Source: Candidatus Woesearchaeota archaeon (GTDB taxonomy: Archaea > Nanobdellota > Nanobdellia > Woesearchaeales > SKGA01). From it: a stretch of 64,000 nucleotides of DNA. The notes beneath the pieces are model-generated. The model was given only the letters and a program-made list of their open reading frames with translations. It was not told the DNA's origin and did not search any database. The position numbers were made by a program, and so were the translations under genes. Every line of letters begins with the position of its first letter. Position 1 is the stretch's first letter. The stretch spans positions 24,556 to 88,555 of the forward strand of contig JAFGOT010000014.1 in the NCBI GenBank assembly GCA_016926395.1, in the 5' to 3' direction. Positions 19,390-28,976 of this stretch are shown piece by piece.

Positions 19390-20103
19390 TTAATCAAGAA
19401 GATTAATACCAACAAATTCACCGTCTGATGTGAATCTATCTATTTCTTTAAACTCTAAAGGTCCGTCACCTAGCATCTGAGCGGTGAAAAACTCAACATC
19501 TGGGTAAACTTTATCTTTAAGAGCTTCATCTCTGGTCATAAACAAATTCTCTCCTTCTCTGTCCTTAGATTTTAACTCTCCAGATAATCCTGTTGCTAAG
19601 AAGAAGAATCCTATAACATGATGGGTTAATTCATTTGTTTCTTTATCATAAGTTCTAAAATTAGTAATAAGACGAAGTTCAAATTTTTCTGCGCTCATTC
19701 CTGTTTCTTCAAGTAATTCTCTGGCTGCTTCTTCGGGCAGACGAGAACCAAATTCTACTTTTCCACCTGGAATTCCTACATAATTTAGAAATGGTTGTTT
19801 AGCACGACGATTCATAAGAAGTTTATCGCCATCTTTTCCAAGGACAAAAGTGCAAACAATCGGTTTTTTCTTCTGGACAATATCAACACCATCAATGCTA
19901 GCAATTAAGTGTATGCCTTCGCTTGTAAGTTCGTAAATATCTTCGTTTTTCTTAACAATGTCCTCTTCAACAAGTTTGTTTAGATAATATGCAAACTTAT
20001 TAGAAGGAACTTCATCTCGAAGCTTATTATAGCTCATGCCCTTATTGTACATTAATTTTTTTAGTATTTGTTGTGATATGTCCATCTTAAAGTTAGAAAA
20101 CAC
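19390..20103 (-). CDS. NUDIX hydrolase with N-terminal winged-helix domain
   Basis: Nudix box GGKVEFGSRLPEEAARELLEETG. Confidence 0.75.
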   Translation of the reverse strand: MFSNFKMDISQQILKKLMYNKGMSYNKLRDEVPSNKFAYYLNKLVEEDIVKKNEDIYELTSEGIHLIASIDGVDIVQKKKPIVCTFVLGKDGDKLLMNRRAKQPFLNYVGIPGGKVEFGSRLPEEAARELLEETGMSAEKFELRLITNFRTYDKETNELTHHVIGFFFLATGLSGELKSKDREGENLFMTRDEALKDKVYPDVEFFTAQMLGDGPLEFKEIDRFTSDGEFVGINLLD

Positions 20104-20205
20104 TAGCTAGTATAAAAAGATAAATGTCTAATAATTTTGACAAAGAATTACTAAACTTAAAAATCTATGGAAAGGTATAAAAACTACTAAAACAAGATTT
20201 TTTGT

Positions 20206-20883
20206 ATGGGGGCAATTGCAGGTATAGATGAGGCTGGTCGAGGACCGGTTTTAGGGCCTATGGTTATGGCGATAGTAGCTTGCGAACCAAAAGACAAAAT
20301 ACTTTTACAAAAAATGGGTGTAAAAGACTCCAAACTCTTAACTCCTAAGAAAAGAAATGATTTATTTCGTTTAATACGAAAACACTTTGCTCATGCAATA
20401 ATAAACGTTCCTGTGGATGAAATCGACAAACACGTTGATGGAAAAACATCCTCCCTAAACAGACTTGAAGCAATAACAAGCGGGAAACTAATACGTCGAA
20501 TATGTGAAAAAACTTCTGTTTCTAAAGTAATACTTGATCTTCCAAGTAAGAATAAAGAAAGCTACATAAAAGATGTGAGAGAAAAATTATCCTTTCCAGA
20601 AAATGCTATTCCTATAACTGCAGAATACAAGGCAGACCTTAATCACATAGAAGTATCTGCTGCGTCAATTCTTGCAAAAGTAACAAGAGATAAAGCGCTT
20701 AAAACAATGGAGAAAAAAATAGGTGTGCAAATTGGTTCAGGATACCCTGCAGATCCAAATACAATAAAATCATTGGATGAAAATTTTAAATTATTAGTTA
20801 AAGAAAAATTAGTTAGAATGAGTTGGAAGACTACAAAAGAACTAATTGAAAAACATGCTCAAAGGAGACTTGGAGATTTTTAG
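20206..20883 (+). CDS. rnhB: ribonuclease HII
   Basis: MGAIAGIDEAGRGPVLGPMV N-terminus (DEAGRG catalytic motif). Confidence 0.9.
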   Translation: MGAIAGIDEAGRGPVLGPMVMAIVACEPKDKILLQKMGVKDSKLLTPKKRNDLFRLIRKHFAHAIINVPVDEIDKHVDGKTSSLNRLEAITSGKLIRRICEKTSVSKVILDLPSKNKESYIKDVREKLSFPENAIPITAEYKADLNHIEVSAASILAKVTRDKALKTMEKKIGVQIGSGYPADPNTIKSLDENFKLLVKEKLVRMSWKTTKELIEKHAQRRLGDF

Positions 20884-21509
20884 TTTTGCTTTTTTCTAAA
20901 AATAAATATTATTGATAAAAATAAATATATTGCTACAGTGCTTACTATATAATTTATTATTTGAAAAGAATATTTTCCTTCTTTAACTTCGGGTATTTTA
21001 TTAGAACCAAGCATGACAAATGAAGATTTTGAATCAGCTTCTATTTTTAAAATAAGTTTTGTTGCTTTTTCTTCAGGTGTAACTTGAAATGTGCACCTTG
21101 CTTCATCTAGGACGTATTCATAATTAAATAATAATGACATTTCACAAGGTATTGGAAAAACATTTAATTTGAATAATTTTAACTCAACATAAGGATAATT
21201 AAGATCTGTTAGAAAAACCACTTTATTTGCGATTTTAGTGGCGTTTTGATTAAGTTTCGTCCATATTTCTGTTTTCTGTTTTTCAAGACTAGAAACAATA
21301 TCTGGATTAGGTTGAATTTCGATTTTGTCGTTGATTTGTTTTATTTCATTTATTTTTTCTGTAAATACTATTTGAGCATCAATATAATTTTTAATTATCG
21401 GAGGAAAAACCAAGAAAGATATTAAGAATAGAATAAAGAAAATCCCTGTAATTATTAATTTTAATTTAGTTGGCTTAAAAATTTCAATAATCTTTTTTTT
21501 AAAGCTCAT
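20880..21509 (-). CDS. hypothetical membrane protein
   Basis: TM helices at both ends; no recognisable motif. Confidence 0.35.
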   Translation of the reverse strand: MSFKKKIIEIFKPTKLKLIITGIFFILFLISFLVFPPIIKNYIDAQIVFTEKINEIKQINDKIEIQPNPDIVSSLEKQKTEIWTKLNQNATKIANKVVFLTDLNYPYVELKLFKLNVFPIPCEMSLLFNYEYVLDEARCTFQVTPEEKATKLILKIEADSKSSFVMLGSNKIPEVKEGKYSFQIINYIVSTVAIYLFLSIIFIFRKKQN

Positions 21510-21545
21510 AATAATTTTTTTGACATTGTAGATATTTAAATATAT

Positions 21546-22469
21546 TTAATTAAGAACAGAATTTATCGCATCAAATAACTCTTCTTGATTCTTTGCGTCA
21601 TTAAGCATCAAACGTGCTTTTGATCCTCCTTCTATTCCTTTAGTGACGTGCTGTGCCTGAAGCTTTTGATGAAGAAAAGGAATGTCGTATTCTTTTGCCA
21701 ACTCAAGATAGCGTTTGAAAAGAACAGATCTCTTTTGATTTGTAAGAGGTTCATAATTGCCATTAGATAAAAAATCTTTAACTTGAGAAAACAAATAAGG
21801 ATTACCTGAAGCGCCTCGACCAATTGCAACACCTGAAATATAATCTTTATCAAGTCTTTGTTTTGCAATCTCTGGAGAATTAATATCACCATTACCAATA
21901 ATAGGAATAGAAACTTCTTTAGCAACATTTTTTATGACTTCCCAATCTGCAAGACCACTGTAACCTTGCTTTTGAGTTCGACCATGAATTGTAATAAATG
22001 ACGCGCCTGCTTTTTCAAGTTCTTTTGAAACAACTAATGCTTTGTCTGGCTTGTCAATACCTAAACGAATTTTAGCACTCACAGGAATTGAAACAGAATC
22101 AACAATTTCTCTAACGATTTCTCCGGCCAGTTTTGGATTTCCTGTTAATTCACAACCGGCACCAACATCCATAACTTTAGTTACTGGGCAACCCATATTA
22201 ACATCAATAATATTACATTTACTTTCAACAAGACTTGCAGCTTTAGTCATTGAATCAGGTTTAGAACCAAAAAGTTGGATAGCAAAATTATTTTCATTAC
22301 TAGCTTTTATTATTTGTTTCCAAGAATTTTCTTGATGACGAATTAAACCTTCTGCACTAGTTAATTCACTAACAGTCATATCTGCTCCATTCTCAACACA
22401 AAGAGAACGAAAAGCAACATCTGTAATACGTGCCATTGGTGCGAGATTAACTTTATACTTAAAAGCCAT
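21546..22469 (-). CDS. dus: tRNA-dihydrouridine synthase
   Basis: LAPMARITD N-terminus, FMN TIM-barrel pattern, catalytic-Cys region NMGCP. Confidence 0.85.
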   Translation of the reverse strand: MAFKYKVNLAPMARITDVAFRSLCVENGADMTVSELTSAEGLIRHQENSWKQIIKASNENNFAIQLFGSKPDSMTKAASLVESKCNIIDVNMGCPVTKVMDVGAGCELTGNPKLAGEIVREIVDSVSIPVSAKIRLGIDKPDKALVVSKELEKAGASFITIHGRTQKQGYSGLADWEVIKNVAKEVSIPIIGNGDINSPEIAKQRLDKDYISGVAIGRGASGNPYLFSQVKDFLSNGNYEPLTNQKRSVLFKRYLELAKEYDIPFLHQKLQAQHVTKGIEGGSKARLMLNDAKNQEELFDAINSVLN

Positions 22470-22589
22470 AAAAAAAGAACTATTTTTTTTATTTATAAAT
22501 GCATCTTTTCACGCAAAAGCTGCACAAAATTGGTGGAGTAAATTTGGTAGCACAAAAAAGTTAGAATGAATATTAAAAAAGAAAAAGAA

Positions 22590-22680
22590 GCGAGGAAATG
22601 GCTCCTCGCTCTTTGGTGTGTTTTTAGATCAAAAGAGGGCGTGAGCTCTTTTGACCTGAGGGCAGGTGTGTGTGAGGTCG
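22590..22680. other. GC-rich cluster of three hairpins (possible terminator cluster or small structured RNA)
   Basis: gcgagga-aatggc-tcctcgc; aaaagag-ggcgtgag-ctctttt; gacct-gagggcaggtgtgtgtg-aggtc. These sit in an otherwise AT-rich intergenic region, immediately 3' of the small acidic ORF on the minus strand. Confidence 0.3.
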
Positions 22681-22705
22681 AAAAAAACAAAATTGTTTTT
22701 TATGA

Positions 22706-22894
22706 CTATAACTGAAAATCTCTATATCCTTTAAGAAATGCCACTTCGGCAGTTTCCAAAGCATCATCTTCAAGTAGTTGTTGGGCGTAATCTTCTTGAT
22801 ATATATCCAGAGCATCGCCCAGCTCTAAATACTCATCAAATTCTCTATCTAAATCTTGTTGCAACGTTTTTAGATTCATTAAAACCCCCTCCAC
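22706..22894 (-). CDS. small acidic protein, paralog of 28739-28891
   Basis: MNLKTLQQDLDREFDE...AFLKGYRD aligns with MKFQSELQELKREIDE...AFMRGYLD of the other copy. Confidence 0.4.
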   Translation of the reverse strand: MEGVLMNLKTLQQDLDREFDEYLELGDALDIYQEDYAQQLLEDDALETAEVAFLKGYRDFQL

Positions 22895-23027
22895 GAAGTA
22901 TGTTAATTTGTTGTATAGTAATTATAGGTTGCTTTCTTTTTAAATGGTGTTAAGAATAGTTACAGACTCTGTATCTGTATTTTTAATCCGTAAAGCTTAA
23001 AAGTCAATCATCATCTTACTTTTTCTT

Positions 23028-23705
23028 ATGAGGATATTAAATGTAGATGCTCCGCTATGGTTTATACAGTGTGAGATAGGAATTCAACTAATTTTTGCCA
23101 TCGTAACGCTTCTAGTGGCTTTTTATGCATACAGAGTGTATAGAATTGCTAGACAAAAAAATTCTTTTTATCTTGGCGCCGGATTCTTAAGCATAAGCAT
23201 CGCATACTTCATACAAGCTTTTTTTAACTTTTTATTACTAAGACGAGTGACGACTTGTGGTTTCTTAAGTTTCATGGCAGGACACCCTGTTCAGTCAACA
23301 ATGACTTTAAGTGTATTGGTGGTTTTTTTACACATGGTGTTTATGGTGGCAGGATTTTCAGTACTATCATATATAACACTAAAAGAAAGAAACATAAAAT
23401 CATTTTACTTAATACTTGCATTATCTATTGCATCGCTTGTTTTTGCAGCAAATATGTCGATAATGTTTTATGTCTTACTAACAATAATGTTAGCATTTAT
23501 TACAATACAGTATAGTTTAAGGTTTAACAAAAAACCAACTACAGATACATTCATCGTGTTCTTAGGTTTTGGCATGGTGTTTTTAGGAACAATACAACTA
23601 GCACTGGCATCAGCTCTTGGTGCACTTTACGTTTCAGGTCACATAGTAACTTTAGCAGGTTATTTTTTACTATTAATCAATTTAATGAGAGTGGTTAGAA
23701 AATAA
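23028..23705 (+). CDS. hypothetical polytopic membrane protein (~7 TM)
   Basis: Hydrophobicity pattern only. Confidence 0.4.
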   Translation: MRILNVDAPLWFIQCEIGIQLIFAIVTLLVAFYAYRVYRIARQKNSFYLGAGFLSISIAYFIQAFFNFLLLRRVTTCGFLSFMAGHPVQSTMTLSVLVVFLHMVFMVAGFSVLSYITLKERNIKSFYLILALSIASLVFAANMSIMFYVLLTIMLAFITIQYSLRFNKKPTTDTFIVFLGFGMVFLGTIQLALASALGALYVSGHIVTLAGYFLLLINLMRVVRK

Positions 23706-23801
23706 TTGTTGTTAATTTTTTTTAGGTGAGTTTATCTTTTTTATTTGAGGTCAAAGTGTGCAAAAATAAATCATTTTTGAACATTTTAACAGGAGTTAAA
23801 A

Positions 23802-24095
23802 GTGAGTAAAAAACGAGGTCGTTTACAAATAATTTATGACATATTACAGGCAGTTCGAGCTAAAGGCGGAACTATAAAACCAACTCACTTATTATACAAA
23901 TCAAACTTATCTCATCAAATGATGGGTGAATACTTAAAAGAATTAATGGGGAAAAACTTCATAAAAGAAGAAGTGGGACCTAAAGGAAAATCAAAAGTTT
24001 ATGTTCTAGCACCAAAAGGTTATGACTATCTAACTGAATACAAAACAGTAACTAGATTTGTAGAATCATTTGGATTAGAAGATGAAGAAGTTTAA
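23802..24095 (+). CDS. small winged-helix DNA-binding protein
   Basis: Basic N-terminus and helix pattern IIYDILQAVRAKGGTIKPTHLLYKSNLS typical of archaeal wHTH regulators. Confidence 0.45.
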   Translation: MSKKRGRLQIIYDILQAVRAKGGTIKPTHLLYKSNLSHQMMGEYLKELMGKNFIKEEVGPKGKSKVYVLAPKGYDYLTEYKTVTRFVESFGLEDEEV

Positions 24096-26092
24096 ACCAT
24101 AACAACATCGTGTTCTGATTTTATACCATAAATAAATACATAATTCCAAAATATTCCTTTCCATCGACCAATTTTTACAGCAAAACCTGCACGACGAAAT
24201 TCTGCTCTTAGTTGATCAAGGTTATTAGACCAAGAAGAGTTAGGAATAAAACCAAAGAAGTCACTGAATTCAACAAAACAAATTTCTCCATGTTCAGGAA
24301 GGGTTTGAGCCATATCTTTTAAGACTAGATGAATATTTTGAATATAATCAAGAGAACCGATTGAAATGATAGCATCAACTTCGTGAATACTTGGATGAAG
24401 ACGACTAATAAGATGTTCATCATGGATTGGTTCAATATTTACTATTCCTTTTTTCTTAGCACGCTTCTTGATAATTTCAACATTTCCTTCGGATAAATCA
24501 ACAGGAATAACTTTACCTTGAGGGCCAACAACATTTGCTAAGTCAAGACTTAAAGTTCCAACAGTAGCATGAAAATCAACAACTGTCTTGCCATGTAAAT
24601 CTTTAAACTCTCCAATAATTTTTTTACGAAGACTTCTTGGAAGATTATACTCCTCAAAGAAAACCGCGAATCGAGCAAAACGATTATTCATTTTTCTAGT
24701 CGCTTCAGGATTATAAAATAAAATAAGCAATACGTAAACAGGAATACCAACAGCAATTAAACTAACTGCTTTCCAAATAAGATGAACTTCTCCAGTCAAA
24801 CGCATATATGAGAAAATAAGTAACCCAAAGATACCAACAAGAATAAACGGTCCAATACTTCCAAAAGGGAGTTTGAAAGGACGTTCAAGTTCTACATACT
24901 TTTTTCTAAAAATAGGGATGGTTATCATTGTCAAACTAAGAACCACAAGAACCAAAAGTAAGAAAACTTCATGAATTAATTTGTATGGATCATGATGATG
25001 TCTCATGTATAAAAAAAACATGAAAGCAGTAAAAATGGAGATTGCTATGCTTTGAAATAAAATACTTCGGTGAGGGGTTTTGAATTTTTTGTGAAGCTCT
25101 GTAAAACTTTCAAGTAAAAGACGGTCTCTTGCTAAACTTCTAAGAAGGTTAGGACCGATGAAAATCCAGACTAGAGCGGGTGTGATAATCATAAATGCAG
25201 TGCCTAAAAATAGTGCTTGCTGAGCTATAGTTCCGTGCCAAAGAGTACTTAGAATATCTTTGTGAGGTATTAGGGCTGAAGAATATTTATTAATTGGAAA
25301 CATACCAATAGAACCAATAACGTAGATTAAAGTGGTTACTGCTGCAACTGATAGTGCTGCTATGATTGCTTTAGGAATGGTTCGTCTAGATTTTGCTTCT
25401 TCTGATAAGAATGTGATAATTTCCATTCCCATAAAGGCCTCAGAAATAATAAATGTTGTAGCAAATAAAATAAGAAGACTAAACCCTGAGGTCTGACCAA
25501 ACAAACTAAAAAAATTACTAACCGCACCAGTTGAACTAAGAGAGATTGCTTCGATATTAAAAAATAACGGAAGAATCTGAAGGACTACTACGGACACTGT
25601 AATTATTGATAGAATGACAAGAACTAACTTGTTTAAAGTTAATCCTCTAAAAACTAGGAAGTTAAGAAGAGCAATGATTGCAATACCAACTGCAAGTTTA
25701 AACAAATAATCCATCATGGTATTTGCAGGATAAAAATATTCTAAAGCCCAAACAACAGCTAAACTAGCACTGATGTTTCCTGCAATCCAAGAAGTCCAAC
25801 CAACAATGAATGCCGTGAAGTGACCGTATGCTTTTTTTGCATAAACATACAGGTCGCCTGCTTTTGGAAACATAGAAACCAGTTCTGCTAACGCCATAGC
25901 AATATAAAGACCAATACCAAAAGTTACAAGCCAAGCAATAAGCGATCTAGCGCCCATCATTTGAACACCAAGACCTGGAAGATATGTTAACGAGCTTGCA
26001 AAAATAGCGTTAAGAGTGATAAGAAAAATAACTCCAAAACCAACTTTTCTTCTAGTTGGCACTCCTTCAACTACGCCCTCGTTTTCAATCAT
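24092..26092 (-). CDS. amino acid/polyamine (APC) permease fused to C-terminal class I SAM-methyltransferase-like domain (motif I degenerate)
   Basis: ~12 TM APC-like N-domain. The C-terminal ~200 aa has a Methyltransf_11-like pattern (VVDFHATVGTLS..., IHDEHLISRLHPSIHEVDAIISIGSL) and is homologous to the C-terminus of 30880-32788. Confidence 0.7.
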   Translation of the reverse strand: MIENEGVVEGVPTRRKVGFGVIFLITLNAIFASSLTYLPGLGVQMMGARSLIAWLVTFGIGLYIAMALAELVSMFPKAGDLYVYAKKAYGHFTAFIVGWTSWIAGNISASLAVVWALEYFYPANTMMDYLFKLAVGIAIIALLNFLVFRGLTLNKLVLVILSIITVSVVVLQILPLFFNIEAISLSSTGAVSNFFSLFGQTSGFSLLILFATTFIISEAFMGMEIITFLSEEAKSRRTIPKAIIAALSVAAVTTLIYVIGSIGMFPINKYSSALIPHKDILSTLWHGTIAQQALFLGTAFMIITPALVWIFIGPNLLRSLARDRLLLESFTELHKKFKTPHRSILFQSIAISIFTAFMFFLYMRHHHDPYKLIHEVFLLLVLVVLSLTMITIPIFRKKYVELERPFKLPFGSIGPFILVGIFGLLIFSYMRLTGEVHLIWKAVSLIAVGIPVYVLLILFYNPEATRKMNNRFARFAVFFEEYNLPRSLRKKIIGEFKDLHGKTVVDFHATVGTLSLDLANVVGPQGKVIPVDLSEGNVEIIKKRAKKKGIVNIEPIHDEHLISRLHPSIHEVDAIISIGSLDYIQNIHLVLKDMAQTLPEHGEICFVEFSDFFGFIPNSSWSNNLDQLRAEFRRAGFAVKIGRWKGIFWNYVFIYGIKSEHDVVMV

Positions 26093-26111
26093 ATGCTAAT
26101 CAGAATTCAGT

Positions 26112-27071
26112 ATGAAATCTTTTATTTATAAATACTATGCTAAGAAATATAAGAGAAACCAAATTTTGAACCTTTGTTGGGGACTAAGGGTAACATTTGA
26201 TAGAGAACAAGCAAAAAAAGTCTTAATAAAACCTTTCAAAGAAAAAGGACGGACATTTATTGAAGAAAATGGTGATTTACAATATCCAAGATTGTTTTTT
26301 AACAAATTATCAAAGTCAGAAACTCAAGAAAGATTAACATTACTAACTTATTTCTATGTGTTATTTGATACGCAAAAACAATCAAGATATCACTATAGAG
26401 ATATGCTTAAATTATATGTTGCTGATAATAATTTTCTCACACTAGAAAATATATTGAAAAGAAACCATGAACAAGCTAAAAAATTTGTAACCAATAATTT
26501 AGGGACGATGGCAAAAAAAGGCGTTTATCTTATTGATGGTTACACCCGAATAAAAACCGAGTATGATTCGAACATCATGAATCTTGTTGATAAAGATGTA
26601 GCAATAACACAAAAAAGAATAGAAGCAATGCCAGGATTTGGAGATCAAGTAGCGGGATTGTTCTTACATACTTTACGTGATAATAAAATATTCAAATTTG
26701 AAAATGAGGAAGACTTATGTCCGAAAGTGGATTTTCATGATTATAATTTAGGAGTTTCAACAGGAATAATAAAAGATCTCCATGGAGAAACACCCCAAAC
26801 AAGAAAAACATTATACTCTCAATTTTTAAGAGACTTAGCAAAAGAAGAAAACATAAATATTTTTGATTTGGATTCTTACATGTGGGCAATAGGACAAATA
26901 TGTGTTCAAAAAAATATTTCTCTTTGTGAATATCAATGTCCTTTATCTAGTTTGTATGAAGGACCAAGAACATTCTATCTAAAAAATGATTACAGCGAAA
27001 AAGCAACAACAAAAAAGAATAAAAAAATTGCAGATGAACTACAAGTAAAATTAGGATTTAAGTTTGATTGA
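26112..27071 (+). CDS. hypothetical protein with helix-hairpin-helix motif (possible DNA glycosylase-like)
   Basis: MPGFGDQVAGLFL resembles an HhH L-P-G-[IVF]-G hairpin; otherwise unassigned. Confidence 0.3.
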   Translation: MKSFIYKYYAKKYKRNQILNLCWGLRVTFDREQAKKVLIKPFKEKGRTFIEENGDLQYPRLFFNKLSKSETQERLTLLTYFYVLFDTQKQSRYHYRDMLKLYVADNNFLTLENILKRNHEQAKKFVTNNLGTMAKKGVYLIDGYTRIKTEYDSNIMNLVDKDVAITQKRIEAMPGFGDQVAGLFLHTLRDNKIFKFENEEDLCPKVDFHDYNLGVSTGIIKDLHGETPQTRKTLYSQFLRDLAKEENINIFDLDSYMWAIGQICVQKNISLCEYQCPLSSLYEGPRTFYLKNDYSEKATTKKNKKIADELQVKLGFKFD

Positions 27072-27073
27072 TC

Positions 27074-27625
27074 TCATCTATTCTTATAGAGAATTTTTGC
27101 GAAATCATGCAAGTCAACTATTCTATTTGCAAACAATTCAAAACCTTCATACCCTTCTAAATTTTGATTAACCAAACCAACAGGTTGATACTTTGCAAGC
27201 TCAATTAATTTATTTCCATTTTTTGGAGAACAAAAACCCCAAACATAAGGATGGTGTTCAGGGAGTGTGCTATTAAGACCAACAGAACTAGAAACCGTAA
27301 CATACCCTGAGGCATTAAGAGCAGTAACAAGACTAACAATACCAATTTCGGCAGGGATAGAAAAATCAATCTCATCTGCGAACTCTTCTAGTATTGATTC
27401 AAAATCAACAGGATTGGAAGAGAATTTAGCTGCTTCTATAAGAAATTCCTTTTCTTTATCAACCATTAAATGATAATCAAACCAATCATAACCACGAGCA
27501 TCATTATAATCTTCATTAATAACAATACCTTTACTTTCCAAAAAACTCTCGGGAGGAATTTTTAATTTGCTTGTTTTAAGAGATTGTTCTAAATTAATAT
27601 CAAAATAAGGATACCACATAATCAA
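27074..27625 (-). CDS. hypothetical protein
   Basis: ORF with a 4-nt overlap with the upstream gene. Confidence 0.35.
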   Translation of the reverse strand: MIMWYPYFDINLEQSLKTSKLKIPPESFLESKGIVINEDYNDARGYDWFDYHLMVDKEKEFLIEAAKFSSNPVDFESILEEFADEIDFSIPAEIGIVSLVTALNASGYVTVSSSVGLNSTLPEHHPYVWGFCSPKNGNKLIELAKYQPVGLVNQNLEGYEGFELFANRIVDLHDFAKILYKNR

Positions 27626-28296
27626 TCACCAATCCTTCTAACTCTAGCACCAATGTTAAAAAGTTGAAGAATTTTAGTTTTAGCATCAACAGATTTAGGA
27701 ATAAAATATTCTCCCTTTCGTTCACTAAAAACAACTAATCCATCTTCGAGCAAAAATTTATCTTTTTCATCTTGAGCATAAGGAAGAATATTTCCTTTGT
27801 AAAATAAATTAAAATAATTATTCTCTTCTTCTTCCATAAAAATATTATATGAAAGACCAAAATTAACCATTTTATTAGTATCGGCAACTCTATTGCTAAT
27901 TAAATTTTCAAGAGTCTCAATTGGTGTAAGAACATCTTTGTTATATGTTGTTTTTTCTAAAGCAACTTTATCCAAACGAGACTCTCCTTTGATAACAACG
28001 TAGTTATCAAGATGCCAACAAGAATCCTTTTTTGAATAAAAAAACTTTTCAAGCAAATCATCATTTTCACTAGTTTCAATATATGTAGAATCATTAGGCA
28101 TAAAATATGTATAAGATATATCAACAAAACGATTAATATCAATCGATAATTTACGTTCTTCTTGATTATAAGAAATATCTCCAAGATGAGTGTTAAACAT
28201 CCCAAAACGAATATCATAATTAAAAGTTTGAGCAAAACCAGACTGGAGAGTAAAAACTGTAGCCGCTGTAATAAGAGACTTCTTTAACCAATTCAT
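27622..28296 (-). CDS. hypothetical secreted protein
   Basis: N-terminal signal peptide MNWLKKSLITAATVFTLQSGFA. Confidence 0.4.
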   Translation of the reverse strand: MNWLKKSLITAATVFTLQSGFAQTFNYDIRFGMFNTHLGDISYNQEERKLSIDINRFVDISYTYFMPNDSTYIETSENDDLLEKFFYSKKDSCWHLDNYVVIKGESRLDKVALEKTTYNKDVLTPIETLENLISNRVADTNKMVNFGLSYNIFMEEEENNYFNLFYKGNILPYAQDEKDKFLLEDGLVVFSERKGEYFIPKSVDAKTKILQLFNIGARVRRIGD

Positions 28297-28509
28297 TAAA
28301 GAGAGAAGAATAAATTAGGGTTTTTAAGGGTGTTGATTGAGTTAAAAAGAGGCTTTATTTTATTATATGTTGGAGAGAAGATTCATTTTACTACAAATAT
28401 CAAAAACTTGTTTTTGTTAGATTTGTTAAAATGTCCCAATAATCTTTGATTATTGAGGATGAACTGTTGAGGTTCACTCTATACGTTATTACGTTTCAAA
28501 GAAATGGGA

Positions 28510-28584
28510 TAGCGGAGAGAGGATTTGAACCTCCGACCTCGGGGTTATGAGCCCCGCGAGCACTCCTGACTGCTCCACCCCGCT
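28510..28584 (-). tRNA. initiator tRNA-Met (anticodon CAT)
   Basis: Manual fold gives 7-bp acceptor with A1:U72, D-stem GAGC/GCTC, anticodon stem CGGGG/CCCCG (three consecutive G:C pairs), loop CUCAUAA, T-loop GGTTCAAATCC, discriminator A; no encoded CCA. Confidence 0.8.
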
Positions 28585-28738
28585 ATAAAAAGGATAAATC
28601 TAGGAAGGAGAGGGCTATTTAAAAAGCTTTGCTTGAAAAGGGCTTTATTTGTCGCTTTTTTAACTTTTTTAGAATTAGATATTACTAAGAAAAAAGAAAA
28701 GAAAGGAAAAAGAGTTTGCGCGAAGTTTTGAGTTGTTC

Positions 28739-28891
28739 TTAGGCTAGTGCGTCTAGGTAACCTCTCATGAACGCTTCTTCTTCAGGATCTATCTCGTCGT
28801 TATAGATCTCCTCTTCTATGATTTGCAAGTCATAGAAGTCCTCTTCATCTATTTCTCGTTTTAACTCTTGAAGCTCTGATTGGAATTTCAT
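28739..28891 (-). CDS. small acidic protein (50 aa), paralog of 22706-22894
   Basis: Manually found ORF below the track size cutoff, MKFQSELQELKREIDEEDFYDLQIIEEEIYNDEIDPEEEAFMRGYLDALA; immediately upstream and on the same strand as tRNA-iMet. Confidence 0.35.
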   Translation of the reverse strand: MKFQSELQELKREIDEEDFYDLQIIEEEIYNDEIDPEEEAFMRGYLDALA

Positions 28892-28976
28892 CCCATACCA
28901 CCTCCTGAGCTTTTATAATATTTATACTACAAAAACTGATATAAATAGTTTGCGAAGGACTAATTTTCACGCTATT

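Noticed and set aside
22590-22680. GC-rich element as a tRNA or pseudo-tRNA
   Set aside because: It cannot be folded into a cloverleaf: there is no T-loop GTTCRAAT and no 7-bp acceptor pairing. It is three independent hairpins.
23028-23705. 7-TM membrane protein as the class III signal peptidase (PibD/FlaK/EppA) for the pilins
   Set aside because: It lacks the two conserved Asp-containing motifs of A24 peptidases in the expected cytoplasmic loops. The peptidase is presumably encoded elsewhere.
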